Below, in pieces: positions 1 through 13,966 of a stretch of DNA of 64,000 nucleotides. Made by a program: the position numbers and the translations under genes. Source of the DNA: the human T2T-CHM13v2.0 reference genome, Homo sapiens; assembly GCF_009914755.1 (NCBI RefSeq), contig NC_060939.1; one strand, given 5' to 3'. Position 1 is the first letter of the stretch. Every line of letters starts with the position of its first letter. The notes under the pieces are model-generated. The model saw only the letters and a program-made list of their open reading frames with translations, was not told the origin of the DNA and did no database searches.

Positions 1-1504
1 TGCTCCAGGTGGGCTTGGAATGCACCCAGCTCAGGATGGGGATTAAGGCTTGAAAGACAAGAGGAAATGAGATGTTAACCCTTTAGGCCTTGGCCCTCTG
101 AGCCCCAGTAGGGAAATCACAGGGGAATTATCTGCAGGCATCTGATGAAAGGGGGCATCAGCTTTGATTTATGGTGGGGATGCAGCCATGTGACTACAGG
201 GGTGGGAGGATGACGAGCTTTGACTTAACCATTTTTCTTGGAGGCACAGTCAGGAGAGAGAAGAAGATTAATTTCCCATGAAAAAGGATAAATGGACTGC
301 TGGGAGGCTGCCCTACCTGCTTCCTTCTTGGAAACCCTCCGATCATATCAGCAAGCTACAAATTTGTAGTTGCCAGACATACTTTTCCCCCTGAAATGTC
401 GCGTCTCTGATCACTTGTGATGTGAAGGAAGAGGAGCCCACCTCCTTTCCCCGGCCAGGCAGCAGCGTGGTGGTGCTGAGGAGGAGAGCACTCTGGAGCC
501 AGGTCCTGAGTTTGAGCCTTGGCTCTACCAAGTTTTGGGCCTTGAACAGGTTCCTTGGCCTCTTGGGCTGTAGTTTTTCCACCTGGAAAATGCTCAAAAC
601 TATCTCAGGCGTGTAGAAAAGTGCCACTTGAATGTTAGCTATCACTTTTTTTTTTTTTTCCCCACTTTGGCTGAGTCCTGAGCCTGCATCTCCTTTGGGA
701 AGCACAGAAGCAACTTCTCTTCCAGGGCTCCAAGGCTTGCTTTGGGTAAATTGACAACTGACTCTTTGATTGATCTCCCTTGTTTGACCCCTGACCCTCA
801 CATGCCTTGGATTCTGTCTGGCTTGCTCCTCCCTTTGCTCCAGCTCCATGGTTTCCAGCTGCCCCTTTGATGACATTACCCTGCCCCTCGTCTCCTGCCC
901 TCATGCTAGGTTGTCAGACTACTTGTGGGCTGGGCTGTGACATCTGTTGGGTCCTCCAGTGGTACTGGCCAATTCTGCACTGGCTCTGCTCCTTGCTAGC
1001 TTTGTTGTGACCTGATAGTCCCAAGCCAAGTGGCTGAGGGTAGAGAATGCAGCTGTCTTGAGAGGAAAATCAGGAGCCGTGGAGGCCGTCTGGCCTGGAT
1101 GCAAATCCCCACTCTGCCCTGTTTTCTGGTTTCTCTGCCCTCTCATTGCCTTGTTCTTGGTGGGGGATAATAATAGTTATACTTACCTAATGATTGACAG
1201 GAGGATCAAATCCAACCGTGCACATGAGGCCGCTTGGGAATCATGTAGGGGAGTTTATTGCTGGTTGTAAGGTGAGCCCTGAGGGTAGAGCTGTGTCTTC
1301 AAGTTCTGAAGTCTCATTACAGGGCGTGTAGTGACAGTATAGCCTTTAGTTCCATTTAGTTTCTTTTCCAGAGCAGACAAGTACCCAGGACCTGCTTGAC
1401 TTTAGCGATATTTTAGTTGAGGCCCAGGATTTCATTCTGCTTGAAGTTCAGAGGATCTTCTGGTCAGCTAAGCGGGGAGGAGCTGCCATTACAGAGCTCC
1501 GTGT

Positions 1505-1690
1505 CAGGTACTGGGATTTACCTGCGTTCTTTTATTTAATCCTCTCAACAACCTGTGTGAACTAGACACTATTATTTCTACTCTACAGCTAGAAAACTGA
1601 GGCTCAGAGAGGCTAAGGAATGTTCACAGGCTCACACAACAAGTAGACATCAGAATGATGTTTCAATTTCAAGTCATCTGACTCCAAAAC
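1505..1690 (-). mobile_element. MIR
   Basis: MIR core in reverse orientation (aaactgaggctcagagaggctaag); boundaries approximate. Confidence 0.7.
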
Positions 1691-2609
1691 AAATACTGGC
1701 GGTGGGGCCGGAGGGAGGAACTCTCAGGCCAGTTAGTGAGTATCTCAGTGAGGAAAGGTCTCTCCCTGCTCTCAGCCTCTTACAGGATGCTCTGTCTTCT
1801 TGGCCTCTTTCACATGAGCGCATATACGCATAATGCCACTGCTAATATTGCTCTGTTTTCTCCTTGATATCGGCTTATGTTTTAATTTAGCACATGCAGA
1901 TTTGTCTTTTCAACTAATAGGATTTTGTGTCAACATTTCCCACTTGCCACCTAAGCAGGGTTCCCATTTTTTAAAGCACAATGATGCTTTCCATCATTTT
2001 GCTCCATCACGGTTTCCTTAGCCATTCCCCACCCTCTATCAGGGATCTAGGTTGTTTCTAGTTTCTCCCACTCTAAAAATTGGCACTACCAACGTGAATG
2101 TTCAATTTGCTGATGTTTATTTATTTCTGATCTCATGTTCTGCTTTGGAAATACACTTCCCAGCCATGTGATTACCAGGTCAAAAGCAAGAGCTGTAATA
2201 AGAGTGGTCCGTGCTGCTCATGGGGTCTTCAGAGAAATTGCACCTGGGAGGCCCAGACAAGGGGGACCCAGAAACAGAACAGGTGCTTGTTTTCTGCCTA
2301 CCCTTCCTTTCCTCACTAGTTACTGTTCTTTCCTGAGGCTCAGATTGGAGGAACTTGATACCTCACTCTTAGCAAGGGGTGTGAGAGGTACTGTTCGAGT
2401 GGTGACTTTCTGAGTTCCAGAGAGGGAAGTTATTTCAGTGTCCACAGAGGTCTCTTGGAGTGGAAGGTCTTGGCTGCTTCTGAGATTGCGCTGCTGTGCG
2501 TTAGTGGTCCTGTGTGGGCATTGCTATGCAGTCATTCACTCAGGCATCCAGTGCTTTCTGAGCCCCTACTGTGCATCAGGTGGCAGTGCCATGCACTGTA
2601 AAGTGTGTG

Positions 2610-2765
2610 AATTCCAGACCTGACTCTGCATGTGTGGCTTTGGGTAGATTAATCTCTTTAAGCTTCAGTTTCCTCATGTATGAAATGGGCTAACAATCTC
2701 TGTACATGCCGTAGGAATTAGAGGAGAGAGCATAGGTAAGGTGTCTGCTCAAGCCTACAATGCAT
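2610..2765 (+). mobile_element. MIR
   Basis: Core cttcagtttcctcatgtatgaaatggg; boundaries approximate. Confidence 0.6.
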
Positions 2766-3408
2766 GAAGGGCCAACCGTTGTGCAGGTGAACACTAGAAC
2801 TTCTTTCTTCTTACAGATGAAGAAGGTGTATTCTTGCCTGGGAGTGTGAGAGGCGGGGAGTAATAGTATACTTACAGCCTTAGCAGCGGGCAGGTGAGAG
2901 GAAAATCACTGTGATAAACATGCCGTAGAGAGGCTGGGGGACCCAGACAGGCATCAGATTCAGATTGGTGGGAATTCAGAAAGACCTGGGGTGGGATCTG
3001 CCTCCCAACAGGAGGAAACAAGGTTGGGGGAGAGGGAAGAGGGAGAAAGGAAGTAGAAGCCTGTTGTGTTTTATGGGAGGGCTACATTCTTGAAGACCTC
3101 GCGGTATTCAGATCTCTCATAATTCAGACTTTTCCCCCTACAGAATAAATGTGGAGCGTGCATTTACTTGATATGGTCTCAAAACACATAGCTTTGCTTT
3201 GCTGTTGCTTCTCATATGGTCGCACTCTCTCTCACATTGCACAGTGGGCTCACTCATAAATTACCCACTTGGTATCTTGTGATGCTTTTTTGGCTTTCTC
3301 AGTTGCCAAGCAGGTGGTCGTGGTTGTTGCTGTTATCATCACCATCATCATCATCTCTGTGTGTTTTCAGTCTGACACCAGCACCACCATTTGACAGACT
3401 GTCAAGAT

Positions 3409-3715
3409 TGGGGGTCCGCATATTTTCTTGGAAAGGGCCAAACATTAATATTTTGACTTTGCAGGCTATGTGGTCTTTGTTGCAACTAATCAGCTTTGCC
3501 TTTTGAGTGCAAAAGAAGCCATAGACAATAGATAAATGAACAGGCAGGACTGTGTTCCAGTGAAACTGACTTATGGGCACTGCAATTTTAATTTCATATA
3601 ATTTTTATATGCCATAAAATGTTCTTTTCTTGATTTTTATTCAATCATTTGAAAATGTGGCAAAAACAGGCAGAGGGTCAGGTTTAACCTGTGGGCCAGA
3701 GTTTGTGGACCCCTG
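3409..3715 (+). mobile_element. MER58B-like hAT-Charlie MITE
   Basis: Terminal inverted repeats ggggtccgca ... tgtggacccctg; typical internal MER58 motifs (gccatagacaata, tgtgttccagtgaaact). Confidence 0.75.
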
Positions 3716-4042
3716 GTCTAGACGCTTACAATATTTGAAAATTGTTTTAAATTGTAGGAAGAGTGAATGTTAAAATATCCTGATAGTCAACAAAATCATT
3801 CACGGACATTCCAGTGCTCATAAGAAAAATGCTTAATTCACAAGTTCTGTCAAAAGATTGGGGTATTTATCAGCTTGAATGGTACCAACATAGGCGGTTC
3901 CTTTAATACAATTTTAAATTATTTAGGTAGTTATTCTAGTGAATTAAAAATTTTAAATCATATTATTTCAAAATTTTGGTACCCAATAACCTTATTAATA
4001 TTGTTATTGTCATTCTATTTCGTGACTTAAATTGTGTACCCT

Positions 4043-4352
4043 GGCTAGGCACGGTGGCTCATGCCTGTAATCCCGGCACTTTGGGAGGCCGGGATGAGAA
4101 GATCGCTTGAGCCCAGGAGTTCGAGACCAGCCTGGGCAACAAAGTGAGACTCCATCTCTACAAAACATCAAACTATTAGCCAGGCATGGTGGTGTGCACC
4201 TGTGGTCCCAGCTGGTGGTGTGCACCTGTGGTCCCAGCTACATATATGGGAGGCTAAAGTAGGAGAATTGCTTGAGCCCAGGAGTTTTGAGGCTGCAGTG
4301 AGCCATGTTCATGCAACTGCAATCCAACCTGGGTGACAGAGTGAGACCCAGC
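4043..4352 (+). mobile_element. AluJ-like with internal 26-nt tandem duplication
   Basis: Alu dimer with J-type diagnostics (cttgagcccaggagttcgag); duplication at 4187-4238. Confidence 0.9.
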
Positions 4353-4353
4353 C

Positions 4354-4463
4354 AGAAAGAGAAGAGAAGAGGAGAGAAGGTGAAGAGGAAGGGGAAAGGG
4401 AAGGAGAAAGGAAGGCAAGGAAAGGGAAAGGAAAAGAAAAGAGAAAAGAGAAGAAAAGAAAAA
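4354..4463. repeat. GA-rich low-complexity tract derived from the Alu tail
   Basis: Almost pure polypurine (GAAG/GAAA units). Confidence 0.9.
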
Positions 4464-6061
4464 ATTTTATACCCTACACTGGTTTATTATTGTGTACTCT
4501 CCTGGAGTCCAGCAGCTCTGCCTGACTCCCAACAGCCTGCTGGCTGGAGTTTGGAACTTGATTCTAGCTGGAATTTTTTTATTGTAAAAGGCAGGCGAGA
4601 GCATAGACGGAGCACCAAGGCTTGTGTCTGGCACACAGTGAATGTGGAATAAACTTTTGCTCCCTCTTTTCCCTTTTCTTTCCTCCTCACTCAAAAGTTC
4701 TGTATATTTGGTCAGATCCAAAACATGCTGAGCCTCTTTGAAATTGTTACTTTGGTTCTTTCCACATGCAATAAAGTCACTAACCTTTTTAAATGGAAAC
4801 AAAAACAAAGACTGTTAGAAAGCAGAGTTTCCCCTCCCGGGTCACCAGCTTTCCCTTACTGGAGAATAAGCAGGGCTGTGCTGAGACCGCGGCTGGCCAG
4901 CCAGGGCCAGAGGGAGGCCCCAGGTCCGAAGAAGGCGCCTCCAGCTGGGTGCAGACCCAGCTCTCCAGTCAGGAGGGGGGCGCCAGGCCTGCTGGCTGCT
5001 CCTGGGTGTATCTTGGTTTCAGAGATTCCAACAGTAGGAAAGCCAGAACCTCTCCAGATGGAAGACCACCAGCCCCGAAGGTGACTGTGGTGCTGTGGTT
5101 CTTGGCTCGGGAACATGTTTTTGCTGTGTATGTTGGATGGGAGACCCGTCTTAAGTAGACGTGTGTTTGTGTTGTTTAGGGGGTGGTGGCGCACAGCCAC
5201 ATGTGCTTTCTGGCCTGGGGTCTGGCAGGATGTGAAGGGAGGCAGCCGCTCGCTGTCCTTTGGCTGGTGAGATCTTTCATTATTCTGTTGGGCAGGGGGC
5301 TGGCATTCTTCCTGTGTGTTTGGTTTAGAAGCGAGTGGTCTTGCAGCCAAGGGCATGGGCGTTGAGCCCCAGCTTTGTCACTAACTTGTTTGACGTCCAG
5401 CAATCCATTTCCATCTCCGGGACACTAATTCTTCATTCCTACTGGCGTGGTCAGAGGAGGCCTAGTGGACAGTCAGGGCTCTTACCACCACCCAGCAGTA
5501 ACGAAGCCATGCATCCCTCTGAGCCTCCCTGCTGTGGTACCAGCACAGGCCACAGGAGGCTCTCCTGCCCCTCCAAGCCAGGGACATGTCATTGGGGACC
5601 TGGTGGGGAGCTGGAACTCCCACCTCTACCCAGAAGCAATGACGACTCCCCTTTCCCCCTCGGGTGTTACTAGAGGCCAAGTGGGGAACCTGGCCTTCTG
5701 TTCCCACGTGGCCATCATGTTGGGGGCCCCCTTCCTTGCTGGAGCAGTGTCAGAAGAAGCCAGGGAATAGGGAAAGTTTAAATAAGATCTAGCACCTCAT
5801 ACCATAATACCTAAAATGTCCAGGTTTCAATGGAAAATCACTCATCACACTGAGAACCAGGAAGATCTCACACTGAATGAAAAAGACAATCAGTTGATGC
5901 CAGCACTGAGTTGACAGAGATGTGGGAATATCTCACAAAGACTTTGAAGCGGCCATCATAAAAATGCCTCAAGGAGCAATTATGACCATGCCTGAGGCAA
6001 ATAAAGAAAATATAAATGAGAAGTCTCAGCAAAGAAATAGAAGAATCAAATGGAAATTTTA

Positions 6062-7339
6062 TTTTCAAAAAATTGTAAAACATTTTATTGTAGATTGACA
6101 ATTTATAACTGCATTATATTATGGGGCACAAAGTGATGCTATGATTTATGAATACAATGTGGAATAATGAAATCAACCTAACATATTCCTCACCTCAAAT
6201 ACTTATCATTTTTTGTAGTGAGAATATCTGAAATTTACTCTTAGGAAGTTTGAAATGTACAAAATACTGCTATTAACTATTTTCACTGCACTATGCAATA
6301 GATCTCAAAAAAGGCTTATTCCTCCTGTCTGAGTCTCTCTACCCTTTAACCATAACCTCACCATTGCCCCCACCCTCCAGCCTCTGTAGCTACCATTCTA
6401 CTCTTTGCTTCTGTGAGTTTGATGTTTTAGATTCCACATATAAGTAAAAACATGTGGTATTTGTCTTTCTGTGCCTGGCTTATTTCATTTAGCTTAATGT
6501 CCTGCAGGTTCATCCATGTTGTAGCATGTAGGATTTTCTTCCTTTTTAAGGTTGAATAATGTCCCATCATATGCATAGGTATACCATGTTCATCTGTTGA
6601 TGGACACATAGATTGATTCCATGACTTGGCTATTGTGAATAGTGCTGCATTGAACATGGGAGTGCAGATCTCTCTTGACAAACTGATTTCAAATCTTTTG
6701 GGTAAATACCCAGAAGTGGGATTCCTAGATCATATGGTAATTCTATTTTTAGTTCTTTGAGGAAGCTCTATACAATTTTCCATAATGGCTGTACTAATTT
6801 ACATTCCCACCAATAGTATGCAAGATTTTCTTTTTCTCCACATACTCACCAACACTTGATTTATTTTATCTTTTTGATAATAGCCATTCTGACAGGTGTG
6901 AGATGATATCTCACTGTGGTTTTAATTTGCATTTCCCTAAAGGTTAGCAATGTTGAGGATCTTTTTATATACCTGTGGGCTGTTTGTGTATCTTTGTTTG
7001 AGAAATGTCTATTCAGGTCCTCTGCCCATTCTTTAATTGGGTTTTTTATTTTCTTACTGTTGAGTTGTTTGAGTTCCTTATATATTTTGGATATTAACCC
7101 CTTATTGGATGTTTGGCTTTCAGATATTTTCTCCCATTCTGTGGGTTGTCTCTTTACACTATTGTTTCCTTTGCTGTGCAGAAGCTTTTTAGTTTCATGT
7201 AATCCTATTTGTCTATTTTTGCCTGCACTTCTGGGGTTAAATACAAAAAATTATTCCAGGCCAGCGTCTTGTAGTATTTCTCCTATGTTTTCTTCTAGTA
7301 ATTTTACAGTTTCTAGCATTACATTTAAGTCTTTAATCC
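6062..7339 (-). mobile_element. 5'-truncated L1MA (MA8/9-like) 3' end
   Basis: L1MA 3'UTR and ORF2 C-terminus on minus strand; perfect 15-nt TSD CAAATGGAAATTTTA at 6047-6061 and 7340-7354. Confidence 0.85.
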
Positions 7340-7528
7340 CAAATGGAAATTTTAGAATGGAAAAATATAATAACAAAAATAAAACTTCACTGATGGGTTA
7401 AACAGCAGAATGGAGATGACAGGAAAGAATCAGTGGATTGGAAGATGTAACGATAGAAATTACCCAACCTGAGCAACAGATATAAAAATAGACTGGGAAA
7501 GAAGAAAAAAAAAAAGAATAGAGTCTCA

Positions 7529-7840
<312 letters not shown>

Positions 7841-9473
7841 CTAACATTTTTGTCTTTGAAGACAAAGGAGGAGGAAAAAGAGAGTGGGATGAAAAACTAC
7901 TCAGTGAAATACTGGTTGAAAACTTCCCAAATTGAGCATAAGACTCAAACTTAGAGATTCAAGAAGCTGAGCAAACCCTAAATAGAAAGAAAGTTATACC
8001 AAGACATATCATAGTCAAACTTTTGAAAACAAATTTGAAAAAGAAGAATAAAGGAGGGGGAATGAGTGTTTCTGGTTTTAACATGTACATAGCTATAACA
8101 ATGAAGAGAGTGTTGTATTGGTGAGGGAAAGGCACATAGATTAGTGGAATACTATAGACAACCTGGAAGTACACCCATCTGATTTTTGACAAAGGTGCAT
8201 AGGGAAATCAGAGAACATTAATTGCAATTATCTGGATGATGGTTTAGATGAGGCTGGTGGAGGAGGCTGGTGGAGGATGGAGAAGAAAGTACATGAGAGA
8301 TAGTACAAAGGAAGAATTGAGAGTTGGCAAGAGACTGGGCCCAAGGCATACAGGAGAGGGTATCCCAGAGGCCCAGGCAAGCTTTGAGAGTCATTTCCTG
8401 GAAGGACGGTTATGCCACCGCTGAAGAAGGAGGGCTTAGCATGAGCTGGTGACGGCTCCTTTTATTCACCTTGGGCCATCAGCAGCAGGAGGAAACTCGA
8501 AGTACAGGGAAGCTGCCTGAATGAGCGTGCAGGTCTTGAGGTGTTGAGTTTTTGAGACCTTAGCATGAAATAATAAAGAGGTTGGAGTGTAAGAGTATTT
8601 CTCCAGAGTACACAGTTTGATAGTGAGGGTTGCTTATTGTTGACATTTTTCTAGTTCTGGTTTGAGTCATAGGGAGAGCCAACAAGGAAGACAGAAGAGA
8701 CAGGAAGAGAGCAGGTTTGTAGGGCATCGTAGCCATTGATGACAAAGTTCAAGAAAAAGGGGGATAGTGACAGCCTATTCTTTCTAAACCTAAATGCCCT
8801 TTATTGTCCTTCTTGACCTCTGGGGGACCCTTGACCTCCAAGGATGTGCCTCTCTTGGTTTCCTTGAAAACATTTTCTAATTTATGTGATGACTGACTTT
8901 TTCACATTGTCATAATCTTTTAATCACAGCACCTGATTTTAGCCTTACCTAATACTGGCCCATCACAGAATTGTGTCAAGGAAGTCAGACTAATTTGCTA
9001 GGTTTCTCCCTCCTTCTGTAAGGATAGACAGAGTTTTTTGGCATACGTTGCACAGTGGTGATTGCTACAAATCATTGACTAGATTTCTATCACTTAAAAA
9101 AATAATGACATAACTCAAACGTCAATGCGCAAGCCTCAGGAGCAGGGCAGGATGAGGCAGATCCTTTCCCTTGATATTCAGAAGCATTGAGGGCAGCATG
9201 TGTGGTTGGCTGATTTATGGTGGCCGAGGCACACTGAGTTGGGATGTTTTCTGGATGGTCAAATGCGTGGAGGCACTGAGAAAATATCCTGGACTCAAGG
9301 GCGGAGCTGTTCCAGAGTGAATGGGGCAGAGCACAACCTCACACCCTACATCTTGCCTGGCAGGGGCCCAGGCTGCAGCCTGCATGCTGTGTACCAGGTA
9401 AATGTGAACACAGGCAACTCTCCTGAAAAGGTACATTTGATGCAGTGTGTCAGGAGACTCAAGAGACAGTTTA

Positions 9474-9768
9474 TTTTTATTTTTTTGAGACAGAGTCTTT
9501 CTCTGTTGACCAGGCTCGAGTGCAGTGGCATAGTCTCGGTTCATTGCAGCCTTGAGCTCTCCGGCTCAATCGATCCTCCCACCTCAGCCTCCTGAGTAGC
9601 TAAGACTACAGGCATGTGCCACCACACCCAGCTATTTTTTTGTATTTTTTGTAGAGATGGAGTTTCGCCATGTTGTCCAGGCTGCTCTCGAACTCCTGAG
9701 CTCAAGTAATTCTCAACCTTGGCCTCCCGAAGTGCTGGGATTACAGGCATGAGCCACTGCGCCCGGCC
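9474..9768 (-). mobile_element. AluJ
   Basis: Full dimer on minus strand; degenerate TSD ending in CAGTTTA. Confidence 0.9.
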
Positions 9769-9789
9769 CTGAGAGGCAGTTTAATTTAG

Positions 9790-10326
<537 letters not shown>

Positions 10327-10699
10327 AATAAATGTTAACTTTTAAAATCTTTAGTCCTAGCTTTGCCTCTAAGTAGCTGTGATACCTTGTACCAGTCACG
10401 TGGTTTCTTTACCTATTAGTTTATTCATCTTTGAATCATGATGACAAAATAATGACATTGGGGAGTTAGATTAGAATTGCCCAGTTTTTGTGTGTGTAGG
10501 TTTGCTTTGGGATGAGATGTCCAGCAGAAAATCACAATGGAAATAATTGATTTAAAGACACTAAATAAAAATGTATTTATTTAATAATTATAAATAAAAT
10601 TAGAAGATGAAAAGCAAACGAAAACAAGGTCCTAACTTGACAAAATAAGGGCTAACAATGTTAATGAAGAAAGAGCTCTTAAAAATCATTTCAAAACAT

Positions 10700-10762
10700 G
10701 GCCGGGCACGGGTGGCTCGCGGAGCGAGTCTCACAGAGCGAGACTCCATCTGAAAAAAAAAA
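10700..10762 (+). mobile_element. Internally deleted Alu (head + filler + tail)
   Basis: 19-nt TSD AAAAATCATTTCAAAACAT at 10681-10699 and 10763-10781; Alu 5' end GGCCGGGCAC; Alu 3' end ACAGAGCGAGACTCCATCT plus polyA. Confidence 0.85.
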
Positions 10763-10934
10763 AAAAATCATTTCAAAACATTATGAGCCCTATAGAAAAA
10801 TGGGCAAATAAGGTTGTAAAAAATTCACAGAAGAGACAGTATACATGACTAATAAAAATGAAAATCGATTCCAACTTTACCAATAATCACAGGAGTACAT
10901 GTTAAAATGACTTTTACCATTTTTTTTCCCTATT

Positions 10935-11347
10935 GTGACAAACACTGGCTAGTTTTTCACCAGAAGATTTCCTCCTGGGAACAGAGATAGACTGTGTTTC
11001 CCACACTCCTTTGCAGACAGGTATACTGCCATATGACTAAGCTGGGTAATGGAATATGAGTGGCAGTGATTTAAGCTACCTTAGTGAAGCTGCTAGCTCA
11101 GTCCTCTATGCCTTCTCTTTCCCCTTGTTTGTTCATGGAATGGAAAGAACCCAGGTGGAATTCCACCCGGACGATGGTGGAATCACTCGATGGAAAAAGG
11201 GTCCCCAGATGCCTGCATGACTGTGTGAAGTAGAATGTTCCCGACAACCTGCATCAGATAGTGACTTGAGCAAAAATCCTTTTACTATGTTAAGCCATTC
11301 ACATTTTGAGGGGGTTTGTGGCAGAGTAACCCTACCCTAACTAATTA
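10935..11347 (+). mobile_element. MLT1-family MaLR LTR within an old L1ME fragment
   Basis: MLT1-like start and 3' end (taagccattcacattttgagggggtttg...ccctaactaat); boundaries approximate. Confidence 0.6.
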
Positions 11348-13966
11348 CTTATCAAATTAGGAGAGATTGCAATCATAGCATTATTGGCAAATGTGTTTAT
11401 TTCATCCACTACATGTGAGATTCTAGGTTGATACAATTGTTTTTGAAAATAATTCATTGTGAAGGACCTTAGTCATACCTTTTGGCTTAATGATTTCATT
11501 TTTTAGGAATTTATCCTAAGGAACAAGGAAGAGTAGCAAATAAGGAATTTTATACAACGGTGTTCATCATATTTTCCAACAATAAGGGAACATTATTAGA
11601 TGTGTTATCAGGCATTCATAGGGTGGACTATTTTGCAGTGATTAGAAATGATTTTGAATATTACTAATGAGATGCTTATGAGGTAAGGTAAAAATAGAAT
11701 ACAAAGCTACATGTGTGATTTTGTTTTGTAGAAATAGTATATGTAAAATATGCAGATGATATGTATAAGCATTATGCATAGAAAAAATAAACAAGAACAT
11801 CAAAAGGTTTAATGGTGTTGGGTTATTAGGTAATACAATTACAATTACAATGAGTAATTTTGGCTTTCCTCTTTGTATTTTTCTGTAGTTTCAAACTTTC
11901 CTTAATAAATAGATTTCCTTAATAAATAAATTTTATAGACAGATTTATTTCCAGAAGAATACCTCATTGGGTGTGTTCCACTCAGCCCTGAATCCTCACC
12001 TTGTGAATGAATGTGGTGTTTACTGTGTTTATTCTTTTAGTGTCAGTGCACTTGTTACACCTTCCTTCCCCAACACACGTATGTGTGTGTATGTGTGTAC
12101 GCTCATGCACAGATGTACACACGTGCTCACCAGAGTGGCAAGAGGCCATTTGTAGGCAGCAGAACTGAGGCCTTGTATTGGAAAGCAGGAAGGAAGGCCT
12201 GAGCCCCCAGCTGCCTTTTCCTCCCCTGGCCACCTGCTTTTGGCCAAGGCAGCTGGAGAATATTGGTTTTTGGAATGAGATGGGTCATCATCTCGGAGAA
12301 AGGGCAGCACATCAGAAAAGCTGCAGCTCCCATGCAGAGCTCAGCCGTGGTAGTCTGATGTTTTTTCCTTTGGTAGCTATGACCCAGGGATTATAAACTG
12401 CTCTTGGCAGCGGATGCTGGGAAGAGGTTGAGTCTGAGAGTGGAGGAAGGCTGGAGTGTGTCTAGGTGTCTTTGATTCCTAGGTAGGGTGACCTGCATCT
12501 CATCACGGCTGTTTATTTGTGTGTTGTGGTCTTTAGGAGTAGGGTGGAGAATGTCATGTTAATTTCAGAAACAGCAGAAGAATGGAGTGGCTGTTTGGAT
12601 CCTGGGCTGCGCAGTGGTGCCTCAGACAGGCAGCACAATCCTGCATGGAAAAGAAAGCCCCCACCTGAGTTTGAATGGAAGACCTTTCTGTCATCGGGAA
12701 CACCTGCTGCACCCCAGGTGCTATTCTAGACACCAGAAATATAACAAATAAGTCTTTGAGGAAGAGGTCCTGTGTTGTGAGGGAGGAAAGACAAGCACAA
12801 ATCATAATGATACGCTTTGACGATCCCTAGTTCTGCATCTGAGACTTGCACAGAAGCAGAAATTTAACCAGGTTAATCAAGTGCTGTAAATCAAGCAACG
12901 AAGTCAGTCATATCTAGGGAAGAAAAGCGCTCTTACTCCAAAGGTTTTTCCCCACTTTGATCTGCAGTATCATGTCATCTGAAATTGAAAAAGCAACTTT
13001 ATACAGAAGCAGGAACAAATGGCTCATTTATTTTAAGTATCTTACCCGCCTGATATTTCTGCCCTTGAATATTTTCTTTAGTTACCTGGGAAACGTTTTT
13101 TTAGGACTGAAAACAGATATAAACCACACCACTGTTAATGACCATGAAAATGATGCAATTTGCATTGAAATCCTTAACTAATCTGTGCTGATTACCTAAT
13201 TTCTCCAGGTGAGGACGGAGAAGCACGGTGTTTTCCTTAATGAGTAACAAAACCCACTGTAATGTGTTTGCTTGAAAGCTGCCAGGGAGTTTTAATAGAT
13301 CTTCTCAAGGTTTAGTCCTAATCCAGATTCTGTGGGTTTTCACGCTGCTCTGGGCAAGCCAGCCAGTCTGCAGTGTGGGGGTTCCATGGGAAGAAATGAG
13401 TTCTGCAGCTGAGTTTGGATATGACAGGAACAAAAAGGACAGCCTCTGTGAGGTGGTAGGAGAAAGGACTGTGAGCCAAGGACATGTTGGGGGAACATTC
13501 CTCTGGCTGTCCTCATAGGCAGGGAGCAGCTGGAAATGTGACCGGGCCTGGGGCTCCAAGGTCAGCGTCCCTGAATACTTCTGGCCTGGGGCAGGATTTC
13601 CTGAAAGGGCTGTGACGATTGATGACCGCCACCAGAGAGCTCAGGAGGGTGGGACCTCCACAGAGGCAGCGTGCATCTGCAGTGGCTTAGCGCCTTCAGC
13701 GCCTTCATTCTCTTCCTAGGGCAGTCTAGACATTGGCTGAACATTGGCAAAAGCAGGGAGAGAGAAATCACATGGAGGCCCTGCTTTCTAAGAGGGAAAA
13801 GTCTGTAAGAAACTCGTGCCGTTCATTCTTCACCCATTCACCCATTCATTCGTTCATCCATTCATTTGTCCAACTGTGATTGCATGCCCGCCCTGTGTCG
13901 GCAGCATGTCTAATGGAAGGGCATTTGTAAAGAGGACTGAAAGAGTCTACCTTTAAGAAGCTTCCC

